From a virus: a stretch of DNA of 64,000 bases. The translations under genes were made by a program, and so were the position numbers. Where the stretch lies: positions 29,880-93,879 of the IMG/VR virus record IMGVR_UViG_3300028388_005362. The stretch is one strand, 5' to 3'. Positions 41,050 to 51,105 of this stretch are shown piece by piece (positions within the stretch are counted from its first letter, which is position 1; the number at the start of each line of letters is the position of its first letter). The notes beneath the pieces are model-generated. The model was not told where the DNA came from, ran no database searches, and was given only the letters and a program-made list of their open reading frames with translations.

Positions 41050-41388
41050 CTAAACTGATTCCATCTTCTCCATTCTTTCAAACCACTTGCGGTCGTTTTC
41101 CAGAATCGAGTATTTTTCAGGATTCACTTCAGAGAGAGATTGGAGCTGCAGGTTCCTGCGACGCGACTCACTTAACAGCGAGCGAATCTTTTTGGAAAGC
41201 AGAGCAGCGGTATCAGCATGGCGTATTGCCTGATTATTGTGTTTGACATAGCGAGACTCAGCTGAACGCAGTGCGGCCTGCATGTGCTCGTCAGTCATTT
41301 GGGTCATGGGAATTCTTTCGCCTTTGGCAGTTACCCATACGTGATCGTCTTCGTTGTAGGTAAACTCGATGGTTTTTTCCTGTTTCAT
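41050..41388 (-). CDS. Hypothetical protein
   Basis: WVTAKGERIPMTQMTDEH motif. Confidence 0.55.
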   Translation of the reverse strand: MKQEKTIEFTYNEDDHVWVTAKGERIPMTQMTDEHMQAALRSAESRYVKHNNQAIRHADTAALLSKKIRSLLSESRRRNLQLQSLSEVNPEKYSILENDRKWFERMEKMESV

Positions 41389-41409
41389 TTTTATGGATCA
41401 GTTAAGTTA

Positions 41410-41961
41410 TTAAAAGGTAAGTTGACCGGCCTGGGCTGGGGCTTCTTCTTCGTCCTTCTTGGTGATTTGCTCAAGGGACACGCCAGCTTTGGGCTTTTCC
41501 TCAGTTGGTTCCAGTGGCTTGAGGGGAGCCTGTTTTACAGCAGCTTTAGGGGCTTCTGCAGGAACATCACCCACCAAGGGGTGACCGGCACTCTTGAATA
41601 CTTTTTGAACAGCAACTTCAAAGAGTGGATGGTCGTCTTTGACAAAGACAGCGGCGGAATAGGTATTCACTTCTCTGTCGCCAATGACGTAAGGACGAAC
41701 CGGGCGGGTCTCAATGGAGCCAACCACTTTCATACCTTCGGTTGCTTTCCAGAGGAAAGACGGCTTGTCGTTGAGGTAACTCTCCTTGTAGGCAGTGGTC
41801 ATCACGGATTTGGCTTCGACCAGGGCTTTGATGATTTCCCCGGTGTCTTCATCCACGTAGGTTTCCACTTCAGGATTGCTTAGCTCAACGAGCTTGTAGT
41901 CTCTTCCGTTCTTGTCCTTTCGGACGTCGCTCACGGAGATGACGGTTAGAAATTTGGGCAT
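41410..41961 (-). CDS. Hypothetical protein (possible OB-fold)
   Basis: KDKNGRDYKLVEL; low-complexity tail. Confidence 0.55.
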   Translation of the reverse strand: MPKFLTVISVSDVRKDKNGRDYKLVELSNPEVETYVDEDTGEIIKALVEAKSVMTTAYKESYLNDKPSFLWKATEGMKVVGSIETRPVRPYVIGDREVNTYSAAVFVKDDHPLFEVAVQKVFKSAGHPLVGDVPAEAPKAAVKQAPLKPLEPTEEKPKAGVSLEQITKKDEEEAPAQAGQLTF

Positions 41962-41985
41962 GTTGTTAGGTGTATGGTGAAACAA

Positions 41986-42141
41986 TTACTTTAAACAGCT
42001 CTCCAACCGGTTGATTCGATTGACGAGTTTGAGGCGCTCAGAGCGTTTCTGAGCGTTCATCTGGTTCAACTGGTGGTTAGCATCGAAGGCTTGGAGTTTT
42101 GCTCTGAGGGCCTTCAATTCAGGGGGAATATGCTCATTCAT
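41986..42141 (-). CDS. Small coiled-coil protein (51 aa)
   Basis: Hand-translated MNEHIPPELKALRAKL...; fills the intergenic gap. Confidence 0.45.
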   Translation of the reverse strand: MNEHIPPELKALRAKLQAFDANHQLNQMNAQKRSERLKLVNRINRLESCLK

Positions 42142-42143
42142 GA

Positions 42144-42812
42144 CTAAGAGTTTTTAGTGGCTTTCACATCAGCGTTCATGGCAGCTTCGAGCTTAAAGGC
42201 CTCATTAGAAGCCAACACATCCAGGCAGTACTTTTGGAAGTTCTCTGGCTTTTTATTCAAATAGTCCTTCCAATAGCTTATCATCCTTTCTCGAACCACC
42301 TCAAACCCTTCGGTAAAGGCTTTGACAGGTACATACAAGGACCCTTCAGAGGTCTTCATGTATATTTCATAGTCTTCTCCGATGGAATTGGCGTAAATGG
42401 ACCAGTCAAACCAACTGAAGTACTCATACCGCATACTGAGGATGAAGTTGATTATCTGAGCTACTTCATTGGCCTGGTAGTGAGAAGGTGTGCAGTATTT
42501 ACAGTATTTGCTGTAAACAAAGTTCTGATCCTCTCTGCTGTACTTTCTTACCTGAAAGGTTTCAGTCAAAACATGGGGGTATGAAGGAGTAACTCCTTCG
42601 GGGTATTCGCTGTAACGGTCTGTTAATTTGCTGGTGGTAATGCCCAGCATACGAATCGCCTGGAGGATTTCCCTTTCGGAAAACATCTTCAGCAGTTCGT
42701 CTTTACAGGCGATCCAGTCGATTATAGGAATCTTAGTAATCTGCTCAGAGACAAGGTTTATGTCGATGTACTGGTTATTGATTTTTTGGCTTGTGTCTAT
42801 GCTTGAATACAT
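42144..42812 (-). CDS. Hypothetical protein
   Basis: 222-aa ORF. Confidence 0.55.
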   Translation of the reverse strand: MYSSIDTSQKINNQYIDINLVSEQITKIPIIDWIACKDELLKMFSEREILQAIRMLGITTSKLTDRYSEYPEGVTPSYPHVLTETFQVRKYSREDQNFVYSKYCKYCTPSHYQANEVAQIINFILSMRYEYFSWFDWSIYANSIGEDYEIYMKTSEGSLYVPVKAFTEGFEVVRERMISYWKDYLNKKPENFQKYCLDVLASNEAFKLEAAMNADVKATKNS

Positions 42813-42979
42813 GGTATTTCTTTTTCAATCCAGGTCTTGTTATCGACCTCGATTAGTTCAAACTTCTTCCCTTTTCGTTGGGCTCTGATCTCTGCCAGGA
42901 GTTTGCGGGCAGCTTCCACGTTATCGCGGTTGTCGGGGGCAAACAGATCCCCATCCAAATAGGGCACACTCTCATTCAT
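42797..42979 (-). CDS. Small hypothetical protein
   Basis: MNESVPYLDG...; coupled. Confidence 0.45.
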   Translation of the reverse strand: MNESVPYLDGDLFAPDNRDNVEAARKLLAEIRAQRKGKKFELIEVDNKTWIEKEIPCIQA

Positions 42980-43247
42980 AAAGCGCAAGGTTTTGTCCGC
43001 CCGGGGTGTACTTGGAGTACATATAACCGTTCTTATCGTAAGCAATCTCGTCGGCTCCGATGAAGGCTACCTTGCCCAGCTTGTCGGCATGGGCATCGAT
43101 TTGCTCCTGTTGGGCAGAATCCTGAATAACACTTTCATTTTGTTGCTCCTGAAGCTGCCCAATCTCTTCGGATTGGGTTCTTACCTTGTGTATGGTGGCA
43201 AGCAAAACACAGCCTATGATTATGTTGAGCACATAGATTGATTTCAT
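42972..43247 (-). CDS. Small protein with N-terminal hydrophobic anchor
   Basis: MKSIYVLNIIIGCVLLA. Confidence 0.5.
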   Translation of the reverse strand: MKSIYVLNIIIGCVLLATIHKVRTQSEEIGQLQEQQNESVIQDSAQQEQIDAHADKLGKVAFIGADEIAYDKNGYMYSKYTPGGQNLALYE

Positions 43248-43280
43248 ATCGAATGGTGTTGGTGAGACTTAGGGGAAAAG

Positions 43281-43308
43281 AAACCCTATGTATTAATACA
43301 TAGGGTTT
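43281..43308 (-). terminator. Perfect 28-bp palindrome ending the surface-protein operon
   Basis: AAACCCTATGTATTAATACATAGGGTTT. Confidence 0.65.
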
Positions 43309-43329
43309 GCTTGATCTTTGGAGAAATTG

Positions 43330-43749
43330 TTATTTAGATGCTGTATATATTCTAAGCAAGCATATATCTTCCGACTCTATAAAAGAGCCATCCGATTGCT
43401 TTGCCCAAATACTGCATATTGTTGTAGGTGTAAGTGGTGCGCTTCCAGAACCAGTGTAAACAAATGTTAGCTCAAAAGCTCCAGGCCCTACAATCCAATA
43501 ACCATCAGTCACAGTACGACTGTTCTGAATTCCGGGTTGAATTGGGTTTAAATCTAACCCAGTTGTTAGAACTGTGCCAGACCCGTGTGCAAGAATGATG
43601 TTCGACCAATCCACAGTCACTCTGGGAGGGGTCTTTTCATAAGACTCATAGTAATCAGCCGCTGAGGCAACTACTGGGGGGCTTGACAACTGGGCAAAAG
43701 TCGAAACAGTAAAGGCAAGAAATGCAAAGAGAACAAAATACTTCTTCAT
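43330..43749 (-). CDS. Secreted protein (Sec signal peptide)
   Basis: MKKYFVLFAFLAFTVSTFA-Q, a Bacteroidota-style signal with +1 Gln. Confidence 0.7.
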   Translation of the reverse strand: MKKYFVLFAFLAFTVSTFAQLSSPPVVASAADYYESYEKTPPRVTVDWSNIILAHGSGTVLTTGLDLNPIQPGIQNSRTVTDGYWIVGPGAFELTFVYTGSGSAPLTPTTICSIWAKQSDGSFIESEDICLLRIYTASK

Positions 43750-43846
43750 AACGAATAAAGTTTTAATGGGTAAAAAATTGATTGGAAACAAGGGCAGGGG
43801 ATTCCTGCCCTCGTGGAGGACAGGGTCGTCCCCTCTTTGATTTACT

Positions 43847-46800
43847 CTATAAGACCACTACTCGAACAAGTTTTCCGTCTAACCAGAGGTCTTCCCAGCC
43901 GGTGAAACGTACTCCGTTGTGAGGGTAGAAGCGTGCCTCTGTCCCATGAATTCTCCAAGTACCTTTTGGGGTATTAACCTCTTTGTACTCAGCGGTGAAT
44001 GGAACATTGGTAACTGTGAAATACTCCAGTTTGTGGAAACGTCTGAGGTATTTGACAATACGTACATCCCCTTGAGGGAATTCGTTGTCGTTTGCCAAAG
44101 AAGAAGTCTCATCCAAACCAGTCACTTCACGAGCTGCGCTACGAATTCTGTACTCAGTCTCTACGTTTACATAATACTGATGTACACTATAGAAACCATG
44201 GGTGAGTGTCAGGTCATCGTACTTAGCCAGAGGATCGAACACATACATAGGCTCGATGGTCACCCAACCTTTGTCATAGGTCAGACGATAGTTATCCTTC
44301 TCAACGGTATATTGGTTTCCTGAAACAGAAGTATCAAGGTCACCAACCGCCTTATGGAATGTTCCGTACATATAATCGGCAAGACCGAACCATGCGATTG
44401 CAGGCATACGGGCCATCCCTTGGGCAAGCGTCCAATAGTTGATAGGATTATGCCATTGTGGGACACTATTGTTCGGCTCAGCATCGTAGTCAACCATCAC
44501 CTCCAAAGCAGTCAATCCTGCGTGTGAAGGATAAACGTTACCAAGACCGTCCATTGGAGCCAGATAAACTGTGGACAGAATGTAGTCTTTCTCGTCTCCT
44601 GAACCTCCGGTGATGTAGTAAGCGTATCCTTGAATGTCATGTAACCAGAACCCATTTCCCAGATCGATGCTATCCAAAACTGTTTGGGTAGATGGATTAT
44701 ATAGCCTAAGCCTTGGAAGAGCCTCAAGAGTGCTATAATTAGCAGCAATGTCTCCAGCATCGAAAGTATATACACCGTTGTGCTCATTTGCCTGGGTCAG
44801 AAGAATAGTAGTATTCTCTGACTCGGGGTTAGAGTTACCTGCATACGATATTCCGTTATAGCACTCTATTCTGTAAGTCACATTGTAACGGATTCCGAAG
44901 TCATCTTCCAGTTGAGCATAGACTGCGATTGGCCCCCCACTCATGAGCGTATCTCCACTCTGTGGAATGGCTTGCCACACAATCTTGTTGGTTCCTGACC
45001 TCACTTTCTTTTCAACCTTGAGGTCGTACAGACCAGCAGGACTATTTACTTCTCGGGTATAAACACTCACCTTAGACTTATTGGTCAAATCCCAAATGGA
45101 CCAATTTGCCATGGTCATCGTCGTATAGTCCGCCCACTCAATGAATGGAATATCAGCGATATTCATCTCTCCAGAAAAGTGCATATCTCCCTCAAATATA
45201 GGAGCAGCGGTCAGGTCATAGTTGTACTCGATCTCAGGATAAACTTCTTGGCAACTCAATGGACGTTCATCAAAATACATCATCAATGAACCAGTATTGG
45301 AGTAATTGCCTTCAGTATCGAACACGCGTATAGCCAAAGAAACTGTTTCTCCGACAAGATCGTTATCCTTTGCGATTCGAATCCACTGGTTAATCTCAGA
45401 ATCATGTTTACTCCAAATAACTGCTGTGTCACCTGGTTGCCATACCCATTGGCGCTTTTCCTGGTCTCCGGGTGTAGTAATATCAACATCAATACCAGCA
45501 ATTGGATTATCTCCTGGAGTTATATAAGGGCTCAGGTCAATCCACCACTCATTTCCAGCGGAGCTTGCACAGATGGTCTCGTAGATATTCTGCGTTATTT
45601 CCGGATCACCCTCATTGTTATCATCAATTGGAGTTGGACAATCACAAGTAGGCTCAGTGCCGTCAAAATACAGGGTATATTGAACATGGTTAGAGAAATC
45701 ATACTCGGTATCATATACCCTCAGCCAGATGGTAATCGAAGAACCTTCCAGGCTAACTCCCTGGTCCTTGATGAATTTGAGCTCTGTCTCTCCCTCTACA
45801 TTATTGTAACTGAAGAATGTTCCTTTACCAAATACATGTAGGCTATTTTCGATAGCTTCTGTACCAGTATCCAGGTCAATTCCAGCAATAGTCTGTCCAT
45901 TGGTAGTGATGTGAGAATCAAGGTCTGTCAAATACGCACAGGTATACCAGTCAATATTATAACATACCGTGTCTGTAATTGGCGTTTGAACACTCGGAGA
46001 ATCTGCAGGATTGATAGTGTCCACCAGACATTCACAAGTGGTTTGTGAAGGTTCAAAATACAACGTGATTGTAGAAGTAGTACTGGTATCCCCATCTGTA
46101 TCAAACACTTGAACATCGAAAGTTATTGAATCTCCGTCCAACAGCCCATGTTCTTGTGGGTAGATACGAATAAGTAAGGGGTTGTCTGCCCCGTGTTCTG
46201 TCCATAGGAGAGCCTCCGGTGTTTCAGTGGCTTCTTGGAAACCCGCCTGAGAAACATTCATATCTATACCCTCAACAATCTGGTCGTTATTATCCACGTA
46301 TGGGCTCATATCGAATAAGTATCCCAGACAATCCTGAGCCACCGTCCCACACAAAGTATCATTGATAGGTGAGGTAACAAGTGGAGGACAGCTGATACAA
46401 ATAGTGTCCATTGTACAGGCGCAAGTGGAGTCAGTACCATCGAAGAAAACAGTCAGAGTCTTGTAATCACTGGTGTCTCCCTCAGTATCAAAGGCTACCA
46501 TACCCAATATCAGTTCTTGTCCCTCTACACTTGCATTTTCTTTCTCGTAGAAATCGATGACAAATGGAGAAGCAGAATCGTGGTCTGTGTAATATGTACC
46601 ATAGAACCAGTTGGTGTAGGTGTCTTGGAAACCAGCTATGTCCGTATCAATGTCCAAACCAACGACTGTTTGACCGTTAGCGTCAATATAATCGCTAATA
46701 TCAAACCTCCAGCCAGGACAATCAGCTGCTTTGTTGTAACAAGCAGTCACATATACATCAGACAGTATTGGTGGGTCCAGTGGGTCAGGAGTTGAATCTC

Positions 46801-48844
46801 CGTAAGTACAAGAACAGTTGGTCAATGTATCGTTGAAGTATACCTGCAACGTAACAAAATCACTGCCGTTGCCTTCTTCATCCACCACACGGGCTTGTAT
46901 TTCCAAAGTATCTCCAGCGATGCTGTCAAAATATCCAGGGTTTGGAGTTACCCAGAACTTGGTTAAAGTATCTTGCTCGTAGTCTGTCTCAAAGGTTACA
47001 TACTCCAGAACATTTATACTGTCCATGTCCACTCCCAGGTCAAGGTCTATTCCTTGCAAGGTCTGACCATTGAGGTTAACATACGATGCAAGATCAAAAC
47101 TCCATCCAGCACAAGTCGATGTATCGATGTCATAACAGGCTTCAAACAATACAGGGTCTTGAGTAATTTCCGGAGCTGCTTGTTTGACTATATCACCCAG
47201 GCAAATACACTCGCTGTCCCCATTGGGGTCAAAGTATACTGAGGCAGTATAATAGTTTCCTACATCACCGTCCATATCGTAAGGATACATAGCAAGATAG
47301 AGTGTGTCCCCTGAAGGATTATACCCAGAGTCCGCTTCGAAAATCACTTCCTTGTTGTACACACTTCCCGGACGAGCATGCCAGGTTCCTTGTGCATAAG
47401 CATAGAAGGTGTTCTGGTTTCCGGAATCGGCAGTATTTAGATCTAACCCATCGAGCTCTTGACCATTCTCATCGATAAAATCTGACAGGTCAACCACCCA
47501 AGTATCACACCCTGAAGGTTGGTTGGCAGAAACAACCGCAAGAGAAGTTCCAGACATTTGTGGAGCATTCGACACCACTCTGCTGCCAAAGTCAGATACT
47601 TCAACAGTAATCGTAGCAGAATCAGTCCAATTACCATACTGGTCCTTATAGCGATACTGGAATGTGTGTTGAGTACCTACTGAAGGCATTGTTTGTCCAT
47701 CACGTAAGAACACCCAGAAACTTCCATTACCATAGAAATAGGAGCCTCCAGAAGAAGTCTTGTAGTAATGACTTTTTACTTTGTAAGGCCCAAAATCAAA
47801 TGAATCATCTACTGCCGCTGTGGCGGGGTTTAAGTCAAGCTCTATATCATGGTATCCCCCGTTACTTCCCGCATTATCGTCAGCGCCAGCGGTAACCCTC
47901 AGATTCTTGAGGATAAAATTGTGTCCGACATGGTACTGCTGTGACTTGTCGAAGTAAACCAAATCATCAAAGATCTTGACCGGAGAAGAACATAAAGAAT
48001 CTCCAGAAGGACTCTCTACAATATTCACGTTCAAAGCCGTGAAGTGGTCGTTATTGATGTGGTCATAGTTTCCTGCATAGTAAACTTTGTCCCAACCAGT
48101 AAAGTTAGTGTCCTGTGAGTCAAGAAAGAATGTGTAGGAATGACCGTAAGGCTCTCCTTCTCCGACTTGCCCCTCAGAAGGCCAGGTAATTACACCTGAG
48201 GCGTCTGTTGGTATAACCCCAGCAGGCTCAGCATTATAATTGTATTCCTGATAGTTGAAATTAAGCGACCTATACCCAGCTCTATCGCCCCACAATGGGT
48301 TTTCTATGGCGTCTTGAGTATAACGTATATCTACCTCTTTTGGCCCTGCTGGCTGAGCCATAAATTGGGAAGTACGGCTAATATCCGTTGTGCCCCCTGG
48401 TTGATAATACCTATACGTGAACTCATTGATCGTTGTTCTTGGAATACCGTGAGATTTGAAATAAAATTCACAGTATCCAGAACCAATAGAGTCCACCCAT
48501 ATCTGAAGATAGTCTTCAGCGTTATGGTAAATGGTCAAGGTGTCCACCCAAGCTCCTGTGTGAGTTTTGAATTTCACAGAATCTATGGTGCCTGTGATAT
48601 TATCAGATAGAGCCCGATTCCATCCTTGCGGGTTATCGATGTTGCCATCAGTGTCATAAAGGGAACCTACGCTTTCCCAGTAGATACCTGACTGAGAGAA
48701 AGCTCCCAGGGAAAGCAACATAACCATTGCTGTTGCAACAGTTCTGCGAAAATTTAGACTCTCAATAAATGAGGTCAGGGCATACAAGACGCCCGCTCCA
48801 GCCATGCCAAGCATGAGTAGAGGAAACAATACAAGTTTGTTCAT
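43847..48844 (-). CDS. 1,665-aa exported/surface protein with tandem Ig/CshA-like repeats
   Basis: Hydrophobic N-terminus; six ~130-aa Cys-containing repeats (nt ~45240-47570). Confidence 0.75.
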   Translation of the reverse strand: MNKLVLFPLLMLGMAGAGVLYALTSFIESLNFRRTVATAMVMLLSLGAFSQSGIYWESVGSLYDTDGNIDNPQGWNRALSDNITGTIDSVKFKTHTGAWVDTLTIYHNAEDYLQIWVDSIGSGYCEFYFKSHGIPRTTINEFTYRYYQPGGTTDISRTSQFMAQPAGPKEVDIRYTQDAIENPLWGDRAGYRSLNFNYQEYNYNAEPAGVIPTDASGVITWPSEGQVGEGEPYGHSYTFFLDSQDTNFTGWDKVYYAGNYDHINNDHFTALNVNIVESPSGDSLCSSPVKIFDDLVYFDKSQQYHVGHNFILKNLRVTAGADDNAGSNGGYHDIELDLNPATAAVDDSFDFGPYKVKSHYYKTSSGGSYFYGNGSFWVFLRDGQTMPSVGTQHTFQYRYKDQYGNWTDSATITVEVSDFGSRVVSNAPQMSGTSLAVVSANQPSGCDTWVVDLSDFIDENGQELDGLDLNTADSGNQNTFYAYAQGTWHARPGSVYNKEVIFEADSGYNPSGDTLYLAMYPYDMDGDVGNYYTASVYFDPNGDSECICLGDIVKQAAPEITQDPVLFEACYDIDTSTCAGWSFDLASYVNLNGQTLQGIDLDLGVDMDSINVLEYVTFETDYEQDTLTKFWVTPNPGYFDSIAGDTLEIQARVVDEEGNGSDFVTLQVYFNDTLTNCSCTYGDSTPDPLDPPILSDVYVTACYNKAADCPGWRFDISDYIDANGQTVVGLDIDTDIAGFQDTYTNWFYGTYYTDHDSASPFVIDFYEKENASVEGQELILGMVAFDTEGDTSDYKTLTVFFDGTDSTCACTMDTICISCPPLVTSPINDTLCGTVAQDCLGYLFDMSPYVDNNDQIVEGIDMNVSQAGFQEATETPEALLWTEHGADNPLLIRIYPQEHGLLDGDSITFDVQVFDTDGDTSTTSTITLYFEPSQTTCECLVDTINPADSPSVQTPITDTVCYNIDWYTCAYLTDLDSHITTNGQTIAGIDLDTGTEAIENSLHVFGKGTFFSYNNVEGETELKFIKDQGVSLEGSSITIWLRVYDTEYDFSNHVQYTLYFDGTEPTCDCPTPIDDNNEGDPEITQNIYETICASSAGNEWWIDLSPYITPGDNPIAGIDVDITTPGDQEKRQWVWQPGDTAVIWSKHDSEINQWIRIAKDNDLVGETVSLAIRVFDTEGNYSNTGSLMMYFDERPLSCQEVYPEIEYNYDLTAAPIFEGDMHFSGEMNIADIPFIEWADYTTMTMANWSIWDLTNKSKVSVYTREVNSPAGLYDLKVEKKVRSGTNKIVWQAIPQSGDTLMSGGPIAVYAQLEDDFGIRYNVTYRIECYNGISYAGNSNPESENTTILLTQANEHNGVYTFDAGDIAANYSTLEALPRLRLYNPSTQTVLDSIDLGNGFWLHDIQGYAYYITGGSGDEKDYILSTVYLAPMDGLGNVYPSHAGLTALEVMVDYDAEPNNSVPQWHNPINYWTLAQGMARMPAIAWFGLADYMYGTFHKAVGDLDTSVSGNQYTVEKDNYRLTYDKGWVTIEPMYVFDPLAKYDDLTLTHGFYSVHQYYVNVETEYRIRSAAREVTGLDETSSLANDNEFPQGDVRIVKYLRRFHKLEYFTVTNVPFTAEYKEVNTPKGTWRIHGTEARFYPHNGVRFTGWEDLWLDGKLVRVVVL

Positions 48845-48881
48845 GAATAAGTTGATTGGATAAATAATTTGTTAACTGGAT

Positions 48882-48949
48882 GCAGAATCTTATTCTGTCA
48901 GAACTGCAAATATACAGCTTTTTTGCCTGTATACAGTATATTATTCTGT
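48882..48949 (-). promoter_or_regulatory. Promoter TATATTTG (48914-48907) bracketed by 17-bp boxes (48882-48898, 48933-48949)
   Basis: GCAGAAT-CTT-ATTCTGT and ACAGTAT-ATT-ATTCTGT, 51 bp apart. Confidence 0.72.
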
Positions 48950-48972
48950 GGTATGTCCAAATAAAAAACCGC

Positions 48973-49281
48973 TTACACTTCGTAGTACAAGAACCCATCT
49001 GCATCGATAGATTCCACAAAACCCATGCGTGTATATATCTTTCTAAGACGCCTTAAATACCAACCCACTCCAGAAGCAGGATAGAGACGACATTTCTTGT
49101 TTTGCGCACGGGCATAGGCTTTCACAGCGTTGATTATCTTGTATCCGTAGCCTTTGTGTCTGTAGCCTTTTCGGATCTCGATATACTCAACAAGAACTGT
49201 GGTATCATCTTCGTTCAACCACAGTTCCTTGAGCACATGCTGCATGTCGACGCAATAGTCGACCAGCTCGAATAGTTTCAC
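48973..49281 (-). CDS. GNAT-family acetyltransferase
   Basis: IEIRKGYRHKGYG acetyl-CoA motif; IYTRMGF. Confidence 0.8.
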   Translation of the reverse strand: MKLFELVDYCVDMQHVLKELWLNEDDTTVLVEYIEIRKGYRHKGYGYKIINAVKAYARAQNKKCRLYPASGVGWYLRRLRKIYTRMGFVESIDADGFLYYEV

Positions 49282-49452
49282 AAGTCAACCCCTCCATTGG
49301 TTAGGGTTATCCAAATCGATATTGCCCTGTAACAGGCAGTATATGAGACCGAATACAGCCCCTATTTTGTGTACAAATTTCTTCATAAGCAGTATTATAT
49401 TTCGTATTTTTGCAAGAATCATTTACTAATAACCCTTAAACATCATTTAATT

Positions 49453-49713
49453 ATGTCAGACGTATCATTAGGCGCTTACCTTCAAGATTGTGGAGTCAAA
49501 GGACTCGTTGAAAAGCAGTACATCAGTACTACTACTCCAATCAATACTTACATGGCGCAGCCTGCAGAATCAGCGTTTGCCAACGGAGCCTTAGGCTCAC
49601 AGTTCGTTGCTGACCCTGATGCGGGCAATCAGACAGAAGGTTGGTGGGACGATATGTGGGATTACTGGGGTCGCAAGGTAAGCGACTGGACGCTCGAAAA
49701 TATCGAACGATAG
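49453..49713 (+). CDS. Small orphan protein, opposite to its neighbours
   Basis: Upstream TATTTTTG (49405-49412) and box, AT-rich leader, downstream terminator. Confidence 0.65.
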   Translation: MSDVSLGAYLQDCGVKGLVEKQYISTTTPINTYMAQPAESAFANGALGSQFVADPDAGNQTEGWWDDMWDYWGRKVSDWTLENIER

Positions 49714-49731
49714 TTTCTCCAACACATCATG

Positions 49732-49764
49732 AAAAACCCAGGCAATCGTCTGGGTTTTTTATTT
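49732..49764. terminator. Bidirectional intrinsic terminator
   Basis: AAAAACCCAG...CTGGGTTTTTT between convergent genes. Confidence 0.75.
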
Positions 49765-49932
49765 GAGTAGATTTACCAGGGATACCACAAAGGCTGTGAT
49801 ACATAAGGCCCCCAGCAACCAGCCCAACCAGTAGTCAGGCGACAGGACGAAATAGAACAAAAATGGAAATGCTAAAACCACCCCAATCAATGCTGAGGCT
49901 CGTCCTATAAACAAATTTCTTTTGGTCCTCAT
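49759..49932 (-). CDS. Small two-TM membrane protein (57 aa)
   Basis: Hand-translated MRTKRNLFIGRASALIGVVLAFPFLFYFVL... Confidence 0.55.
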   Translation of the reverse strand: MRTKRNLFIGRASALIGVVLAFPFLFYFVLSPDYWLGWLLGALCITAFVVSLVNLLK

Positions 49933-50104
49933 AGGTTTGGTTTATAGTTGTACTTTTAGAGCGAATTTATAAAAAGGAGCCGAGACCCACGGTGCCGTAG
50001 CCGGGCCAACGTGGATCGACTTCCCTATAATTTACTGAAAGAAAAAACTCTGTAAAGTGATTGTTTAAGTTGAGAACGTCGGGCTACTATTTATTTTGAG
50101 GATT

Positions 50105-50683
50105 TTATACAGGTACAGAGAACTCAAACAGCTTAGTCAGTGACTTGGAACCTCCTTGTATGTATAGCATTGCTAAATCGAATCGAGGATGGGTGACCTG
50201 AAGCATTCTATCCATGCAGCCCAGCTTCTCCTCGTAGGTATCGGCTACCATCATCTCCAAAAGGATTTCGTTGAGGGTAGGTAGACCGTAGTCTGAGATG
50301 AGCCACTGACCGTTTTCCTGGCTCCAGCAGTATTTGTCAGTCCAGGCTTCCAGGGATTCTTCAGTGCCTTCAGGCCAATCCCCTTCATCGGGAACATGTA
50401 CTTCGAATATATGTAAAGGTTTTAATGGGGAGTGACCACACAACTCAGTGTTGAGTTGAAGTCTTGCAGTTGTTTCAATGAACCTATCGATGACCTTCTC
50501 CATCAGTTTCTCTGAGCGAACAAACCCATACCGGGCGTACTCGACCCAGAGGCGACGGATCTCATGGAAAGGGGAGATGTTCCACTTTTGTTTAGTGACA
50601 CCCCCCATCCAATCTTGGTACATTTCATAAATAAGCTCATCGTATACTTCGTAGTATGCGTGTACAGCCTGGTCTTTGTTCAT
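50105..50683 (-). CDS. Hypothetical protein
   Basis: ISDYGL and H.R.DLA..YI.GG pattern. Confidence 0.6.
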   Translation of the reverse strand: MNKDQAVHAYYEVYDELIYEMYQDWMGGVTKQKWNISPFHEIRRLWVEYARYGFVRSEKLMEKVIDRFIETTARLQLNTELCGHSPLKPLHIFEVHVPDEGDWPEGTEESLEAWTDKYCWSQENGQWLISDYGLPTLNEILLEMMVADTYEEKLGCMDRMLQVTHPRFDLAMLYIQGGSKSLTKLFEFSVPV

Positions 50684-51105
50684 AATCGAGGCATGTTTAG
50701 TTCTTGCCAGAATCTCTCCGGCAAGCAAATATTAGGCACATCCATCGCATCGTAGAACAAAGGAGCAATGTGCTCAGGCTCATACCCAGCCAATCCACAT
50801 CCTATCTCTGTTACCAGGAAGGTATGGGAAGGGTGAGCTTTGGCATACCTGATGAAATTATCAACATGTATCTCGATAGCGTCAAGAGAAATAGTTTCGA
50901 TTTGGTATCCTTTGGTTGGAATGGCAAAACACTGGCCTGTCATTCCATAACCCACACCCCACTGGGCATTCCACTGGATGTGAGCCGCACGAGCAGCGCC
51001 AGCCCCGTGTATGCCAGCAAGGTTAGAACCAAATACGAACACCTCACCACTGTTAAGCCCAGTGATGTGTTCAGGGGTTGTTCTATTTGTCACGCTGAGT
51101 CTCAT
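50680..51105 (-). CDS. Macrodomain-like phage protein
   Basis: VFVFGSNLAGIHGAGAA and IGCGLAG glycine loops. Confidence 0.75.
   Translation of the reverse strand: MRLSVTNRTTPEHITGLNSGEVFVFGSNLAGIHGAGAARAAHIQWNAQWGVGYGMTGQCFAIPTKGYQIETISLDAIEIHVDNFIRYAKAHPSHTFLVTEIGCGLAGYEPEHIAPLFYDAMDVPNICLPERFWQELNMPRL

Noticed and set aside
43847-48844. DGR target or phase-variable receptor-binding protein
   Set aside because: No reverse transcriptase, template/variable repeat pair or invertible repeats were seen in the window.
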